Source: Podospora anserina (Eukaryota). Taken from it: DNA of 64,000 nt. The DNA is taken from positions 1,302,001 through 1,366,000 of the forward strand of contig CM030332.1 in NCBI GenBank assembly GCA_017654855.1, in the 5' to 3' direction. A program made the translations under genes and the position numbers. The notes under the pieces are model-generated. The model was not told where the DNA came from. It searched no databases and saw nothing but the letters and a program-made list of their open reading frames with translations. Positions 49,473 through 61,764 of the stretch are shown one piece after another. Positions within the stretch are counted from its first letter, which is position 1. Each line of letters starts with the position of its first letter.

Positions 49473-50641
49473 GTTGACTAGGTATCTTGTCTGGCTGTTG
49501 CGATGCGATGCGATCGAGAGCTTGCCTTGCGCCGAGCAATGCCGAAGAATAAGTTACAGCCCACCCACGTAAGGAAATGGTATGATACGTCAGGTCAAAG
49601 ACTGGCGGATGTTGCCGAGGGCAAGTGTGGGCTGATAAGCGCTTATCGGATAACCACCAATCAGCGCTGGAGATGCAGGTGTGAGACAAGGGTGCTGGTT
49701 CCTTTCACGTCACTGAGCTCTCTCGGTTCCTGGGGCGCGTCTCTTGTCTTTTGCGAACGAGCAAGGCTTCCACATCTTACCTAACGACCACCAAAATCAA
49801 CACCATTGGGATATCACGGCAGAAAGGAAACTACCAGACCGGCCGCGAAAAGAGACTCCTTCGGAACGCTTGTAGCCATTGATGACGATGAAATTGATGG
49901 CTTTTGTGGCACTTGGTCCCTAACTTTCTCTCCGACTTGGCGCAGCACCCGCTACAGCTTTTTTTTTTATTCTTTTTTTACTTCGCGACACGAACCCTTT
50001 TTGCGCCTTCTCCGGGAACTGATCTCTGGCCAGCTCTGGAACAAATATCGACACCTCAAGGCGCAGGCAACCATTGAGAGCTTCAGTTCTTGGGTGAAGA
50101 GCCAGAGAAGTTATTTGATTTTGGGTGTGATATCAGTCACGCGACAGGTTTCCATCAATCGACAGACAGCTGGGGCAGTTGGGGGAGTTCTTGTAGATCT
50201 GGGGAGCGTTTGTTTTCCGTCGCAACTTCCTCAACATTCACCACAAGGAGGGCCACAGTGAGGTTTCCTTCAAGAGCTTGGAGTTTGCGCGGCCCTGAGA
50301 TTTCTTGAGAGCAAGCTGTTGTCCAAATCAACTATCTTCCTGCGCACCCAGGCACAAGGCACACTTTTCGGCACGTTTTCTCTGTAGAATCTTGACCAAC
50401 CTTTGTTGCCCAACGACTTCTTTCTCTCCGCGCCTTTTGCCTCCTACCCACATCTACATACTATCATACCATCCGTCCGTCCCCTTCGCTATCCTGCCGT
50501 ATTATCAACTTCATCCCACATTGCCCCACCAAAAAGAAGGTCGGTCGGTCGCTCTGTGTGGGAGAGGGCGGTTTCCTGATACGGCAACACACCAAAAACA
50601 AACAACAATCGACCGAGGCGCAAGATCACATCATACCGACC

Positions 50642-53386
50642 ATGGCTTCTACACCAGCTGTCCCCATTGAGGAGCAGCTCAAGCAACTCAACGCTGCTCG
50701 GAAATTGGCCTTGGAAAACTCGGCTTACTACGACCGCATCGTCAAGGGTGTTTTACCTGTCATCGGACCGACATCATCGATCGAACTCAAGAGATGGGGA
50801 GCTGAGTTTCTGGCCGAGTCGCTGGCCACTCCAGTGCTTTCGATGCGCGACAAGGAGAGCTTAACGCTCTCGGTACTTGACACGCTCAAGTCGTTATTGG
50901 AGAGTGAGCAGGATGATGCGATTGTGCTGAAGGCTAGCATTGCTGCCGCGGCGAGCGCGTACCCAGTTGTTTTGAGGTGGATGTAAGTAGTACTCGATCA
51001 TTGCTTTGGTGCTGTGACTTGCCGTGATTTATGCCCTTGCTGCTGTCGTCGGATCTGAGGAGCCGAACCCCAGGCTATTGTATTGTGATGGGGAGGGATG
51101 AGGGATGTGCTTTGATATGCCTCTTTTTTCCATCCTCTCGCCCCATCGTAATGCTTTGCCCACTCGGTTCCTCTCTCTCTTTCCGAGGGGGTCCGTTCAC
51201 TGTTCGAATATGCCTTGCCCATGTCATGTCCATTCAGTGATGGCTGAACTTGCTTCATGTCGAGCATGCTTACTAACTCTGGTACTTGTACAGTATTCAC
51301 AACAGCTATCACACAGAGGCTTGGGAACAAACCTCAGCGATAAAATCGAGGATCCTCAGGATCTGGGATGGAGCCCCGGCCCCCGTCAGACTAAGCTGCA
51401 TCAAGTTTGCGCAGCGTGTTGTGCTCGCCCAAACAACGTCCAACGGCCAGGAGGTCAAGTATGGTGGACTCGACATTTCGCTGGGCATGGTACCGGCGAA
51501 CCACCCTTTGCTAGACCCACGACTGATGGAGGCAGAGGCTACTGGCCTTCTCGACCGGATGTTGGGGGTGCTACAGGATAACAGCAACGATGCTCTCCTT
51601 GTCGATGCGACCTTGAACTGTCTTTCGATCCTGATCCGAACCAGGCCAAGCACTTCGAACCGCATCATTAATTGTGTGCTCAACTTTAACCCTCTCAAGT
51701 TGGCCAACTCGCCCATGACGCCGAAAAACAAGGTGCTCATGAAGTCGATGGAGAAGACGACCCGGATGCTCATGATTAATATTTTGAAGAGGCATGTGTC
51801 GGTGATTCAGGGGTAATCAGGGGCCCACGCCGAGACCTTGCTAACCAATTGAGTCTAGGGATCCCAACAATCAACACAGCGGCCGTGTCCAGCAGTATGT
51901 TGAGCGGTTGATGCGCTCTCGCGCCGAGATATTCGATGAAGCGGGTCGGAAGAGACAGCTTGCTGACCAAGCGGCTGCCCAATATGGCGATCTCAAGAGA
52001 CAGAAGATGCAGGATGCTTCTGCTGCCGCTCCTGAACCTGCCGCGCCAGCACAGCCAGCCGTGATCCCGCCATTAGCACCAGGACCTCAGACTCTTGCTG
52101 CCGTCTTCACGTTGACCAATAACCCTGGTCTCCAGGCCTTTGATGCTACCAGCATTCCCGCCAACCTAGTGGCCAAGATTGTGGCTAGGACGCTCAATAC
52201 TCTGGACCAAAGTGTCTTGGACTTTGCGGTAAACGGTATAAGAAGTCGTCTTCACACTCTTCAGGCTGCTGCGGTGACGGCGGCAGCCCAGTATGCCGCC
52301 CATGGAGCTGCGGGTTTACCTGGTGCTATCAACCCTGCTACGGCACCTTTGGGAGTGGAAGAGGATGACGATGATTACGAGCCCAACCTTGACGCGGCGG
52401 AAGATACGGAGCAGATTCTCAACAAGCTCGACAATGCACCCCCCGAGACGGCGCTCGACGAATATGCCGATCCCAACGCTGCCCTCGGCCTCGGCCCATT
52501 CACCCTCGCACCACCACCCCTGATCGACGCCGACGTGGCCTCCAAACTCAGCTCCGCCGCGGCCTCCCGCCTCTTTGGCCCTCTATCCTCTTTATCATCA
52601 GAAGGCCCAAGCAAGAAGCCAAAAGCGGGCATCAACCGCCTTGCCGCCTCGTCGTATGATCGCGATTCCTGGCTCACCGTTGCCACTCGACTCGCCACCC
52701 GCAGCACATTCGGCCTCGAAGAAGAAGAACAAGAAGAAGAACAAACCTCGGCAGTCAAATCCGAAGAAGGCGCCGTCTCCCACCCGTTGGCCTCCACCTT
52801 TAACCAATCCATCCGCGAGATGTTATTCACCTACATACTCGAAGACTGGCGGCCGAGAATAGAAGTCGCGGTCGCGTGGCTCAGCGAGGAGTGGTACAAT
52901 GACCAGCTCACCAAGCGGACGGGGCTGAGGAACGCGCCGCTGCACTACGAGACGTGGGCGCTGAGGTTGCTGGACGGGTTCATGACTTTTATCACGGCGC
53001 AGGATAAAGTCTTGACGAGGTTTTTGGCCGAAATTCCGGAGCTGAGCGGGGAGTTGCTTGGGAGGCTGAAGACGCTGTGTGGGGATCCGAATACTTTGGG
53101 CTTGGCGATGACGAGCTTGTTGTATCTTGTTATGATGAGGCCACCTGCGAGGGAGTTGGCGTTGGATACGGTTGGGGGGATTTGGGTTGAGTGTGAGTAC
53201 ACCCTGGATGAGAAATGGTATTGAAGGGATGATGCTAATGATGATGCAGATGAGGAGGCGAGACCGCTGGCTGCGAAATACTTGAGCAAGTGGCGGCCGG
53301 GGTGGGTTGAGCAGCAGATGCACTTGCAGGCTGCGAAGGCTGTGGCTGGGGGTGGTGGGAATGGGGCTGCTGGTATTGCTGCTTAG
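50642..53386 (+). CDS. PTA1: Pta1/symplekin, scaffold of the mRNA cleavage and polyadenylation factor; introns 50983-51293, 51792(or 51813)-51858, 53193-53249
   Basis: QLNAAR, ELKRWGAEFLAE, VRLSCIKFAQRVV, EAEATGLLDRML, KSMEKTTR, EDWRPRIEVAVAWLSEEWYND, DKVLTRFLAEIP, LLYLVMMRPP. Confidence 0.92.
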
Positions 53387-53469
53387 GGTTGATGCAGATG
53401 GCGAGGTTCGGGGTAAAGGGAGAGGTTCTGTATATTACGACAATCAATTCACTGGACAAGGTGGCAAGG

Positions 53470-53470
<1 letters not shown>

Positions 53471-53510
<40 letters not shown>
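53471..53510. repeat. (CAA)13 microsatellite downstream of PTA1
   Basis: Directly visible. Confidence 0.95.
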
Positions 53511-53511
<1 letters not shown>

Positions 53512-55441
53512 TTTCTAAACCTTCACGGGGCTTTTCTTTTGGAGAGGAGGCTGACAGTTATATTCAAAGTGGATGGTTGGGTTGTTGGCAGGTATTGTAC
53601 CCGGGTATTTGTCAATTGAAGATATAAAATGGATCAGTTCGGGGAGGAGCGAAAATTGGGGACCATGGTTACCTAGGAATATGAGGGGAAGGGTGTATTG
53701 TATGTAGAGTGCTGTGCAGTAGTTTTCTAGTATCAGGGTATGGCTGGCTGGCTGGGAGCGGTTAGACAGGCTTTTTTTTTTAATGTATGTGTTTTGTATG
53801 AATTTATTGCTTGCATGGTGCATGGTAGTTTGGTGGGTGGTGGTGGTGGTTTACTTATCATAGAGGATTGAATTAATGAGACGCGTCGACGCGGTGGTGC
53901 ACGTTTGATGGATTATTACATCAATTTTTTTAATTTTTTTTTTGGATATTCTTGAGTGCTTGCCGCATGAATGTTCAATTTGGGGGGTAATGAAGCTGAG
54001 GGTTTGTCATTGGGTGGGATTCGATCAGGCTGGTGAGTTTGAGAGAGACTTTTCCGTCAGCGAAAGGATCTCCGAGGCTTTCTTTTGAAGGTCATTTTCA
54101 TGTGAAATGCAAGGTCAATAGGTGTACACACTCAGGGGCTAGGGGAGAGTGGCCCTTTGTGAAGTGCAGACTGCGGGTGTGCAGGAATAAAGAGAGGCAC
54201 AAAGGGAAGATCATAGGACAAAAGTGAACGCAGATGGCACTTTGTCGATGCAAGATGCAAACCCCTGGTCTCACATCCCGAGGCGGCGGCCCGAGAGCCA
54301 GGGGTAGGCTTTTGGAGGCCGGTTTTCTTTCAGTGCAACGCCAACAATCTGGTTGCTGTGGTGGTGGGTGGTGGAGGTGGGGAGTTGTTAGTGGTCAGTT
54401 GATAGAGTTGGCCGTTTTTAAGACCGTCAGCAAGGTGAAAGAGGGGTATAAACATGGTGGTGCAAAGAGGATTTTGGATTGGTTGAGGGGTTCTATGGCG
54501 TTTTGTTTCTGATGTTGCCGTTGGTTGTGTTTTGTTTGATTCTTATTTTCCTCTGAGGTGCCCTGGAGAATTAATGGTTAACTGAACCCCCATGTTGATA
54601 ACCATATTACAGCCTTGCCAATTGCACACTAGACGCTAATTGCCAAGAGGAAAGAAAACATCCAATTGGTACCTCTGCTCATGCGACGACATCTCTCCTT
54701 CCCTTCGTTGCTGCCCGCTTCATATCTTCTTCTCTTGAGCAACTCAAACGTAGCACTTTTCTATTTGCTTTGAAGTTAACTGCGACAGTCTTTTTGACAG
54801 ACAACAACCTTACCTACTCACATACACGCGCGCGGTAATAGAGATCCGGTCTTATTTGCAATTGAAAACCAGCAAACAAGCACCCAGCCTGCTGAACACC
54901 ACCTAGGCAATTCGAAACACCCACAGGCGTCGGCTTTCCAAACCAGCGGCGGGCCTCCCACTCCCCAACCCGCTATGAGAGTGGAAACAAACGCCCGACA
55001 TACTGCTACTACCAACTAGAGATAACTTACAATTAACGTCCGTTTTCTTTTCCCCTGAACAAGAAAATGCGCAACAAGCTTGTGAAAGCGAGGCCGAATT
55101 CCACAACTGCAAAGGCATTGGGTTTTTTTAACATACATCAGGATCGTGGTGACGGTGACGAACGCAGTATGTCTCTTCCGCCCCCTTTTCATCCTCCCCT
55201 CCTGGAATGCTTGTCCATGGAAAAAAGGTGGTTCCTTTTGTGCCCGAGACACATGTCCCGGAGGTTGTGCGCAAGGTGTCGGCCTGCAGACAAGGATGGA
55301 GGCACTTGTGGGCTTTTCGGATAGCTGCAGGTTCGTTGTCTGTGTGGACGTGGTTGTTCAGGAAGAACAGAACTAGCTTATGCTAGTTGGGTTTAAAAAG
55401 TTGGAAGAAAACATACCGGACTGTGGAAGCTAATTTGGAGT

Positions 55442-57082
55442 GTGCATTTGGTTTATTTCCAAACAGAAGCCTCCCCTTCATCATCTACGCGAAATTCCGT
55501 CGACGCACCGCTATCTTCCCCACGAACAGCAATCACAGTACCAGCCCTGAATCAACAAGCACAAGCCGCCATCACCTCTCCACCTACTTCACCAAGCCCA
55601 ACAAGCCGCACCAGATACCCGTTGCCACCACCACAATCCCCTTCAAGCAATAATAACAAGGCCGCGAGGCAACAGCAGGAAGACCCGCGCCCCTCGTTCC
55701 GAGCGACTCTGACCCCGGCGTCGGAAGCCACAATCAACTCTGCCATGTCACGAACGGCCGCAGGATCAACAGCACCAAATACAAACGGAGTAAACGGCAA
55801 GGCAGCGCCACCAGCGCCGTCACCCTCGGCGGCCGCAACAACATCCTCTTCCTCCCTCTCCCCAAGCCGCATGAATTCCACCATCCGCGCGGTACCAAGT
55901 TTTGATCGTTCCTCCGCCGAAGACTCGAGCAGCGACGGCACAAACGCGACAACGTCGAGGAACTCTGCGCTTTCGAGCTCGATCAACAGCACGGCGAGCA
56001 TGTCTTCTTCCGAGTCGGCGGCGAACCTGACGCCCAACGGCGGTGGGCTCCACAAGATTCCGTCGGTGGGAAGGCTGCGACCTGGCCCGTCGGGGCCTTC
56101 GATTGGCGAGAATAGTTACAGTAACAGTGATCAGAACAGCACGCCAGGGACGAGAACGCTGCGGTCATTTCCTAGCATGGGTGACATTCCGCAGCGGGGG
56201 AGCAGTATTAGCGCTACCGGTTACCCCTCGGCGGCTGACAACCCCGGCCCCAACGGTGGAGGAAGCCCGACTCCTAATGAGATGTCGCTTGCTGCTGGGG
56301 AGGCGCATCTCTCGGGGGGGTGGGACAACTCGGTGGGCAAGGCTGGGTTGGGGAAGACGGGGAGGGTGATCAACCGGTTGGTGTCGGACAACGAGTCGTT
56401 GAAGAGGGACATCAAAATTGAGAGGTTGAGGGCGGAGGATGCGAGGCAGCAGGCGCAGCTGCTGAAGGACCAGCTGGACAGGACGACGCGGGAGCACGAG
56501 AGCCAGATGCTGGATGTCAATGTCACCAAGACTTTGCTGGCGCGTAAGGAGCGGCAGGTGGAGGCGCTGCAGCAGACGGTGGAGCTGGAGCGGACGAGGG
56601 CTGTGTCGGCGACGGACAGGGAGAGGATCTGGAAGGAGGAGCTGGAGAAGGTCAAGGCCGAGTGCAAACGGCAGGTGGAGGAGGCGAACAATCAGGTTTT
56701 GCTGACGGACGGGCGGTATAACGCGCTTGCGAGCCACTGGGGCGGGGAGGGGGAGAGGTACAGGAAGAGGACGGACAAGATGAGGAAGGAGTTTGAGGAG
56801 CTGAGCGAGAAGAGGAGGGAGGATGACGAGAAGATTAGGAGGCACGAGCAGATGATTGATCAGATGTATGTGGAGATTGATGATTTGGAGAAGCAGAACA
56901 GGGCGCTGTGGGAGATGTTTGAGCGGTACAAGAAGGAGAAGGACGAGAGCTTGAGGGGGATGACGGAGGATAATTTGAGGCAGGCGGAGGAGCTGCAGAG
57001 GACGATTGAGGAGGCGAAGGAGGCGAGGGATAAGTTGAGGTGGGCGTTGAATGTGAAGGAGAATGTCAAGGGGGCGAAATAA
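55442..57082 (+). CDS. Coiled-coil protein with Ser-rich disordered N-terminus (She3-like, tentative); true start uncertain (ATG 55745, or an upstream exon spliced at AG 55465-55466)
   Basis: 546-codon open frame; conserved-looking W...VGKAGLGKTGRVINRL..DNE.LKRD followed by a ~220-aa heptad region. Confidence 0.8.
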   Translation: MHLVYFQTEASPSSSTRNSVDAPLSSPRTAITVPALNQQAQAAITSPPTSPSPTSRTRYPLPPPQSPSSNNNKAARQQQEDPRPSFRATLTPASEATINSAMSRTAAGSTAPNTNGVNGKAAPPAPSPSAAATTSSSSLSPSRMNSTIRAVPSFDRSSAEDSSSDGTNATTSRNSALSSSINSTASMSSSESAANLTPNGGGLHKIPSVGRLRPGPSGPSIGENSYSNSDQNSTPGTRTLRSFPSMGDIPQRGSSISATGYPSAADNPGPNGGGSPTPNEMSLAAGEAHLSGGWDNSVGKAGLGKTGRVINRLVSDNESLKRDIKIERLRAEDARQQAQLLKDQLDRTTREHESQMLDVNVTKTLLARKERQVEALQQTVELERTRAVSATDRERIWKEELEKVKAECKRQVEEANNQVLLTDGRYNALASHWGGEGERYRKRTDKMRKEFEELSEKRREDDEKIRRHEQMIDQMYVEIDDLEKQNRALWEMFERYKKEKDESLRGMTEDNLRQAEELQRTIEEAKEARDKLRWALNVKENVKGAK

Positions 57083-57403
57083 GGGGTATCGACAGCCCAG
57101 CAACCCTCCCAGGTCGTTACTCTCAACTCTATTTCCGCTGCTCCGGGGCCTTTTTCTCTTTCAACACCACCCTTCTTATGACAATCTCGAAGTACATCAC
57201 CTCGCAGCAAATACATTGTTCAACCCAAAAGACAGCCACCAGTTATCGACGGGCAAGCCAGACCGCATCTTCCTTCAGCTCATCAAGTGACCAAGCTCAT
57301 TCATCGTCCAGCAAAGTTATTCCGGCAGAAAGGCGTTTCATTTGTTTTTATTTTTCGTTTTCTTTTCTTACAACATCTTCACGTTTCGAGTGTCTGGATA
57401 CCC

Positions 57404-57404
<1 letters not shown>

Positions 57405-57476
<72 letters not shown>
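57405..57476. repeat. (AG)~36 microsatellite
   Basis: Directly visible. Confidence 0.97.
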
Positions 57477-57480
<4 letters not shown>

Positions 57481-58469
57481 CACGAGCAGAGAAACGGGAC
57501 CAGTATCATTTGTACCATCATAACCTCGACCATAGGTTTGAAGCTTTTTCTTGTTACTTTAGTGTGTTGTTGTACAATTGGAGTTTGGTGGGTGGGAAAG
57601 GTTCGGGGGGGGTAATGGATTCTAAACTTCTTTTATTATTATATCTTATTTGTGCGTGTGCGCTTTTCAACCCTGGACAGGAGTTTCGGGAGGGAAAGGG
57701 GTATCAGGGAAGGGAAACACACTTTTGGGAAATTCTTAATTTAAACTTTCTGAAGCGGGCAAAGCACACATTGACACTTTACATACGTGGCATATGGGGG
57801 GCCATAGTTGTTGGTTTTGGGTGATATGTGAGTGATGCAGTGATTGGGCCAAAGGTGACTGGTGTACCTAATGGGGTTGGTGACAGTGTGGTACTGGATT
57901 TCTTGATGTTGACTTTGGTGGGGCAAGTCGAAAGGGGGGGGTTGTCAAGGCAACAAATTTGGGAAGAGGTGGCCAGCGACCAACGTTCGTTAAGGATGGA
58001 GTAGAAGGCTATCTGGAAGTGATTCTGGAACATATACTTGAGATGCTGAAGCCAGGAGAAGCGTTTGCGCACGTCAACTGCGGGTATCCGAGCCGTTCCT
58101 GCCGCGTTTGGCTGCTTGATATACGTGCCTGCCTGTGACAAACCTGGTTCCCCTGCGCTACGGCAGTCATGGGAGCCTGATGGCTTCCAAACTGTTTTGG
58201 TCACTGGTTGGCGCCGAGGGGTAGTGAGTGAATACTGCTTACTCTCTCGCCCTCCTTTTGTTTTTGTGGCTCAGCAGCCCCTCGTCAAGGTGTGTGCATT
58301 GCTCTTTCCGCGCGTCGCAACTCCCTTTGCCTACCTCGAACTGTTATTTTCGCTCTTTCCACTTTTAATCTAGGGCCTTGAGAGCAAAATCGACCTGACC
58401 TGACCTTTTCTTGTACGAGTCAACCAACTAACTTGGCACCTCCCCAGCTCACCAGCCGAAGCCTGGACA

Positions 58470-61400
58470 ATGGAGGAATACGTCGAGTTCTACCAGACCT
58501 CGTGCTGGTCCTATAAGCCCAAAGCGATCAAAAAGGTCATCGAGAAACTTGCTGCACAGCCAGTGGTGAGTTTTGTCCTTCATCATTCTTTCTGTAACCT
58601 AGCACTAATTGCATATGCAGCACAATGGGAGAGTAGAGGTCCTGTACGACCTCGAGCAACGATGGTTCAAGATCACCTGCCATCAAGATGACGCCGAGAC
58701 TCTCCGCCGGCGATTTGCGGCTGTGGCTGCAGAGATCGAAGAGGATGCTCTTGGCTCCGACTACGAGAAGGTTCTAGGTCCAAGCTGCTACTTTGACGTA
58801 TGATTTTTCTTGTCGCAGTCCTACCGGAACCGTGTCGAAAAGTTGCTAATGATCGTAGACCGACATCGACAATGAATGGATTGCCGGTGAACAAGAGTAC
58901 CTGAACCTTCTCCGGTCCCATGAGGCTGAATTCAAGACGTATGCCTTCCCAACTGCGCTTGCCAGTTTCCAGTTCAAGACCTGTTGGGACTCCCTCGAGA
59001 AGCGAGACGACGGACTTACCCTCGATCATGTCGTGTCCGACGATAAACTGTCACAGATGGAACAAGAAACCAACGTGCGCATCGTGACAGACCTGGGCAA
59101 GTCACTGGTCTTCATCGGATCGCACACCAAGGATTGCATCCACAAGGCCAAGGGAAAGCTGGACGTCCTGCTGGCCAGTAAAGTCAGCACCATTGTCCTC
59201 CCCTTCCTTTAGCCAGGAGATCGTCTGCTCACAATTATCGATAGAACATGGCCCTCCTCTCTTTTCGAAATGACCATGTCCTTTTTACTGACAACTACGT
59301 CGATGAGAAACTCCGTCCAGGTTTCATGGTTGATCTCCGATACATGACCAATATTCACCCAAGACTTACCTCGTCGACATTGCTCGATCCAGCGACTGTC
59401 AGAAGGCTGGACGGGGCTTATTCGCGCATGTATGAACAAGGAGTTTCTCTGCGGCTATGCCCCTACAGTCACAAGAAAAAGTGGCATGTCTCCCTTCTTG
59501 GCCCTCACATTCCGGAGCCAAAGACACAGCAGAGATACGTTTTGAGCAGCCGTCCGACCATGCTTGAGAAGGACTCAGATGAGCGCCCTATTACAGCGCC
59601 GGTGTCACAAGTACAAGCGAGAGCCACAACTACTGAGAGCCGGGTGGTTAGCTGGATGGAAGGTCTCTCGATAGCGCCCAGCTCTGAGCTTCGCAACAAT
59701 GATCTCTCAGCTGAGCCCTGTGTGCACCCATTCGACCTTGAGCAAGATATTTTGGGTCCTCTAGTCGACGTTCCTGCGATATCCACTACCGCCAGTGCAA
59801 CGGAACTCATAGATATGGACAGTCCTAGTGGTCTCGATGAGGCGGCTCTGAATACACCTGTTCGTCCGCCTCAGGATATTGTGGAAGTCCCAGCTCCACC
59901 GCTTATTACCGTCGCTCCTAGTGGTGAAAGTGGCCATTCTCAGCATTCTGGGTCGACTACAAGCTCCTTGATGGAATTCAGCGGCAAGTCCCCCTCCCCC
60001 CATAACTAGGTAACATAACTAACAGGCACCTGTAGATGATGATGTACCTACCCCGACACCTTTTAAATATCACGATGACTTCAGCACCAAACGCTTCCAC
60101 GCCATGAAACAGCAGTCTGGTCACACTGCCAAGAAGGCAACCCCTGCGCCATCTGTCGTTTCGAAACCTGCGTCGAAGGCAACGCAGAAGACCTCAAACG
60201 CGGTGGGCATGGCAGCTCCAAGCCGGACATACGGCACTGTGCCTTTTGACGAGAAGCTCAACATGGCTATCGCAAAGCTCCTTCACAAGGCGCCTTACCG
60301 ACGAGGCTGGGTTGAAGTGCGGGTAGAGTTTGGTCGTATCCTTCTGGGAGACTGTGATGAGAGCGCTCTGTCGTTCAATTCTGGACAGTCTGCTGCCGAC
60401 GGCTGGGATAACCAAGTTGTTGTGTATATGTTGGAACAAGCCTCCCGGAAACTCGACACGGACAAGAGGCGCAAGGATCTTCGATTCACCAAAATCCTCA
60501 CCACCCATGGATGCGATGCTGAGGCGCTTCTCAACATGTGGAATGATGGCAAGCAGATTTGGGATCCGGAGCAGCGCAAGGTTGACATCACATACGTTAT
60601 TCATTGCGAGATGAAGCGCAAAGGGGAAGAAGAGTCGTATCGATTTGCTATTGAGGCACGCCAGAACGATACCGACTGTTCTGTGATGGTCAAGCCTTTC
60701 CACCCTATACATGATGGCGATGGAATTGCGCCCGTTTATGTCCATGGCTTGAGGCACAACTGGGATATGCGGGTCATGTTATCACATGTTGACCATGATG
60801 AGGTCGACAAGCGTGTCAGCCGCTTCGCCATGGTTGTTTTTAACAGTCTTCAGATTCGGTATGCTGCCTCTCCTTGACGCTTGTATAACTCGCTGACTAA
60901 ACTGGCCAGCAGGGATAACAACGGCCCAAACCTCACCTTCTGCGTTCCCAACTACTCGGCGACTGTCACAGCTGTTAGAGCTCTCACCCGATGGTACTAC
61001 CCGAGTATTGACAGACAAAACGAGCTTCAGATTACCGAGGTTGAGCAGCTTGACATGGATACGATCGAGGATATCCCCAACGCCGCTCCAGGAGAGAAAA
61101 CCAAGAGGATTCATGCCCACCCACGCCTTCCAAAAGCCTGTCAAATCAAGCAGCGCCAGGGTGACTTTGAGCGCTGGTACGAGGCCGCAGTGCTCTCGAC
61201 CCAACTACAAGAATCTTGTCAGATGAACTCTGGGCTCAAACTTGGAGATGCGGCCGCGTGGAGTCCAGAGGAGATGTATCGATATGGTGGTTTTACCACC
61301 CTGTATGGTCCTGCTATTGCCATGCTCAAACAAATGGACAAGATTGGTCAAAATGAAGACAACAATCTCTCAGGGGTGTTTGGAGACCTGCTGAAGCGGG

Positions 61401-61588
61401 CGAACGACCCCCCGCCTGGTGTTCCTGGGTCTTCTGGGCCTTCCAATCAGCACTTGCGACCGTACCCCCACAGCCGTGGTAGCAACACTGGTTTTTTATC
61501 TCGAGACGTGCGGTCTGCTTCGACCAATGCGGCCTCGAGAACAACGACTGTGAGGAGCGAGAAGGGAGAGGCGGGTGAGATATGGTGA
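58470..61588 (+). CDS. Six-exon uncharacterised protein (~920 aa); introns 58566-58620, 58798-58858, 59183-59244, 59984-60035 (GC-AG), 60859-60912
   Basis: All five introns have branch sites and keep one frame through ORFs 58470, 58609, 59248, 60104 and 60881; KH-like segment LSQMEQETNVRI....VFIG....IHKAKGKLDVL; globular C-terminal domain RGWVEVRVEFGRILL..FTKILTT..VHGLRHNWDMRV. Confidence 0.8.
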
Positions 61589-61764
61589 AGATGGGTATTT
61601 GGACTTTGTAAATTTGAGCTCAATGTTGAGATGGAGGCTGATACTATGCGAGTAAGCTGTGCATGTAAGATTGTTAGCTATGGAAGGTATCAATAAAATG
61701 GAGCAATACTTTTCGGACACCTCATTTCTACTTGCCGGATCCTCCACCCACAGAAGGAAAAGCC

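Noticed and set aside
56165-57103. 312-aa antisense ORF and similar long antisense ORFs over rad1, DAHP synthase, tubulin, NOP12 and DEP1
   Set aside because: Shadows of biased codon usage on the real coding strand.
57040-57824. ORFs with (RE)n/(ER)n tracts
   Set aside because: Translations of the (AG)n microsatellite in a 3' flank.
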